A DNA stretch of 64,000 nt from an uncultured Aliarcobacter sp. (lineage in GTDB: Bacteria > Campylobacterota > Campylobacteria > Campylobacterales > Arcobacteraceae): contig CAXXLV010000002.1 of NCBI GenBank assembly GCA_963664305.2, positions 768,001 through 832,000 on the forward strand, read 5' to 3'. Position 1 is the first letter of the stretch, and every line of letters starts with the position of its first letter. Shown here piece by piece: positions 62,086-64,000 of this stretch. The position numbers and the translations under genes are program-made. Below the pieces are notes generated by a model that searched no databases, was not told where the DNA came from, and saw only the letters and a list, made by a program, of their open reading frames with translations.

Positions 62086-62676
62086 TTATTCAAATATCTT
62101 TTTTATTTCATTTAAACTTTTTTCAAGTTCATCATTTGATAAACCTTTTTCAAGTGCTCCTTCTTTAACACTACCTTCAAATGTTTTTCTAATTTCTCCA
62201 TTTGCAAATAACTTATAAACAAAATATTTATTTTGTTTGTTATCATTTATTCCTAACATGTTTATAAAAGCGCCATCAGAATCATTGATTAGAGGTATTT
62301 TAGAATCTTTATACATTTTTTCTAATTCACCATTTACAGCTATTTGTTTTATTATCCAAGGAGTATTTGATATATTTGCAATTAAAACTATATTATTTTT
62401 ATCAATTTTTTTATAAAGTTCTTTAAATACAGCCAAAGAATCATGATTTAGAACAACTAAATACTTTTCTTCTCCTTCTTTAAACAAATCTTGCATTTTT
62501 GTATATGGATTTTTTCCAAGTACATCAAAATATCTAGGAATTGATTCTATTGTCATATTTTGATTTTCATTAATTCTATTTACATTTTTTGGAGCAGTTA
62601 AATAAACTAAAATTCCAAATCCAACTATTCCTAAAATAACAATTTTTACTATATTTTTCATATTTCCTCTTATCAT
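62086..62676 (-). CDS. membrane-anchored hypothetical protein
   Basis: N-terminal TM; coupled to the upstream gene. Confidence 0.6.
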   Translation of the reverse strand: MIRGNMKNIVKIVILGIVGFGILVYLTAPKNVNRINENQNMTIESIPRYFDVLGKNPYTKMQDLFKEGEEKYLVVLNHDSLAVFKELYKKIDKNNIVLIANISNTPWIIKQIAVNGELEKMYKDSKIPLINDSDGAFINMLGINDNKQNKYFVYKLFANGEIRKTFEGSVKEGALEKGLSNDELEKSLNEIKKIFE

Positions 62677-63833
62677 TTTTGTTTCTTAGCCCATCTTGAA
62701 AAAAGTCGATAATTTGTAATCTCATCATCCAACTTTTTATCTTTAAATATATTTTCTACTAATTCATTTGCTAGATATAAAGATAAAACAAATCCTCTTC
62801 CACCAACACCATTTAAAACAAAAAAATTATCTTTCATTATTAAATTCTCATTTTTTATATGTGTTCCATTTTTTATATGTGGAAATTTTTCTATACTTTT
62901 ATTTGAATCAACTAACTTTCCAACCATTGGAAAATAATCAACACTTGAAGCACGTGCACCAATTTTCACATCAATAACTTCAATATCTTTTAATTCTTTA
63001 ATATCATTTGCTTTTTTTAATAACTTTTCTATATCAGCTTCAATAATAATTTTTGTTTCATCATTATGTTCAATTTTATTTATATTTGCTAATTCTAAAT
63101 TGTAACTACTATTTTTCATATCTTTATCAAATCGATTATGAGTAGCACCAATTGAGACTAAATATCTTTTTTCATCAATTTTTTTACTTTTTGATAATGA
63201 ACACTCTTTATGATAATTTATATCTATTTTAGAAGAAGTTAAAATATCTATTTTTTGTCCCCAAACTGCTCTTATATCGAAATATTTTTCATCTATTAAA
63301 GATATATTTGCACCTGTTGTTAAAAAAAGATTTTTTGTTTTTATTTCATTATTTATAAACCAAAAATCTTCAATTCTTTCAATTTTTGTAACATTAAAAT
63401 TAAAAAGTTTATCTACATTTTCAGACAATCTTTTACAAACTTCATAAGGTTTTACTACACTTCCTATTGGAAAAAAATAACCTTCTTCAAATTTTTCATA
63501 TTCAAAATCCATATAAGGAACATAACTTTGAAACTTATCATCATCTTCTTTATTTTTTGGAATTCTACAAGTCCCACAATTTATCAATGTATCAGGAAAT
63601 TCTTTTTTATAATAATCTACAGAAAAGTTTAAAGCTTTTGTTACTAAATCTTTAAATTTATTTGGTTTTCCTAAAAGTGGAGATAAAAATGCTCCAGCAG
63701 CACCACTTGCACCAAATGCTACATCTTCATTTTTATCAATCAACAAAATCGAATTTGAATAATTTTTTAAAAAATGAACTAAAGAACAACCAGCAATTCC
63801 AGCACCTATAACTACATTATCAAATACTTTCAC
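62673..63833 (-). CDS. FAD-dependent oxidoreductase (MnmC C-terminal/DAO-like)
   Basis: VIGAGIAG, ASGAAG and GVGGRGF. Confidence 0.85.
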   Translation of the reverse strand: MKVFDNVVIGAGIAGCSLVHFLKNYSNSILLIDKNEDVAFGASGAAGAFLSPLLGKPNKFKDLVTKALNFSVDYYKKEFPDTLINCGTCRIPKNKEDDDKFQSYVPYMDFEYEKFEEGYFFPIGSVVKPYEVCKRLSENVDKLFNFNVTKIERIEDFWFINNEIKTKNLFLTTGANISLIDEKYFDIRAVWGQKIDILTSSKIDINYHKECSLSKSKKIDEKRYLVSIGATHNRFDKDMKNSSYNLELANINKIEHNDETKIIIEADIEKLLKKANDIKELKDIEVIDVKIGARASSVDYFPMVGKLVDSNKSIEKFPHIKNGTHIKNENLIMKDNFFVLNGVGGRGFVLSLYLANELVENIFKDKKLDDEITNYRLFSRWAKKQK

Positions 63834-64000
63834 TTGTCATCCAAAAGTTGGTAGTTTGGTCGAAAATATGCTCTTCCACCTTTTAAGCTAATACATCTAT
63901 ATTTTGGAAACTTTTTTTTATAATACTCTAATCTCTCTTTTGTAGACTTTCCCGTATCACAATAAAAGACAAAAACAGTACCCTCTTCGTATAAATCCAT
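63830..64000 (-). CDS. rhodanese-like protein, 5' partial
   Basis: ...VFYCDTGKST...CISLKGGRAYF...*. Confidence 0.65.
   Translation of the reverse strand: MDLYEEGTVFVFYCDTGKSTKERLEYYKKKFPKYRCISLKGGRAYFRPNYQLLDDK

Noticed and set aside
1320..63655. Short antisense or nested ORFs (e.g. 1320, 1850, 2340, 4749, 6534, 10458, 14623, 28291, 30388, 40168, 48378, 55302, 62768)
   Set aside because: They are shadows of longer motif-bearing genes, with low-complexity translations typical of AT-rich DNA.

Overview
AT-rich chromosomal window, probably Arcobacter/Aliarcobacter-like (inferred from gene content and style). Housekeeping flanks (cytochrome c, NlpC/P60, RND pump, ftsL-rsmH, hup on the left; FAD oxidoreductase on the right) enclose a ~54.5 kb island bounded by the 11-bp direct repeat GATTCAAAATC (7476-7486 and 62024-62034). 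The island sits in the anticodon arm of the host tRNA-Leu(CAA) and leaves it split into two halves. It carries its own intact, divergent tRNA-Leu(CAA) about 80 bp inside the left end. Cargo: a tyrosine integrase, Xis-like protein, RecA-like helicase and XRE repressor; an extended Hachiman (hamAB) operon; ParA/RHH; a NYN nuclease; an AbiE-type pair; extra recombinases; orphan nuclease-toxin tips with SMI1/KNR4 immunity genes; two large STAND NTPases; an immunity-first toxin cassette array; IS3-like miniature elements; and a decayed IS110. The strongest candidate new system is an effector-less STAND NTPase whose C-terminal 22 residues match the N-terminal motif of the adjacent membrane protein, resembling amyloid signalling motifs but in reversed polarity. 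Other leads are an N-terminal-variable toxin array and a GAGT-N7-GAGT promoter box shared by seven cargo promoters. All calls come from motif reading, with no database searches.
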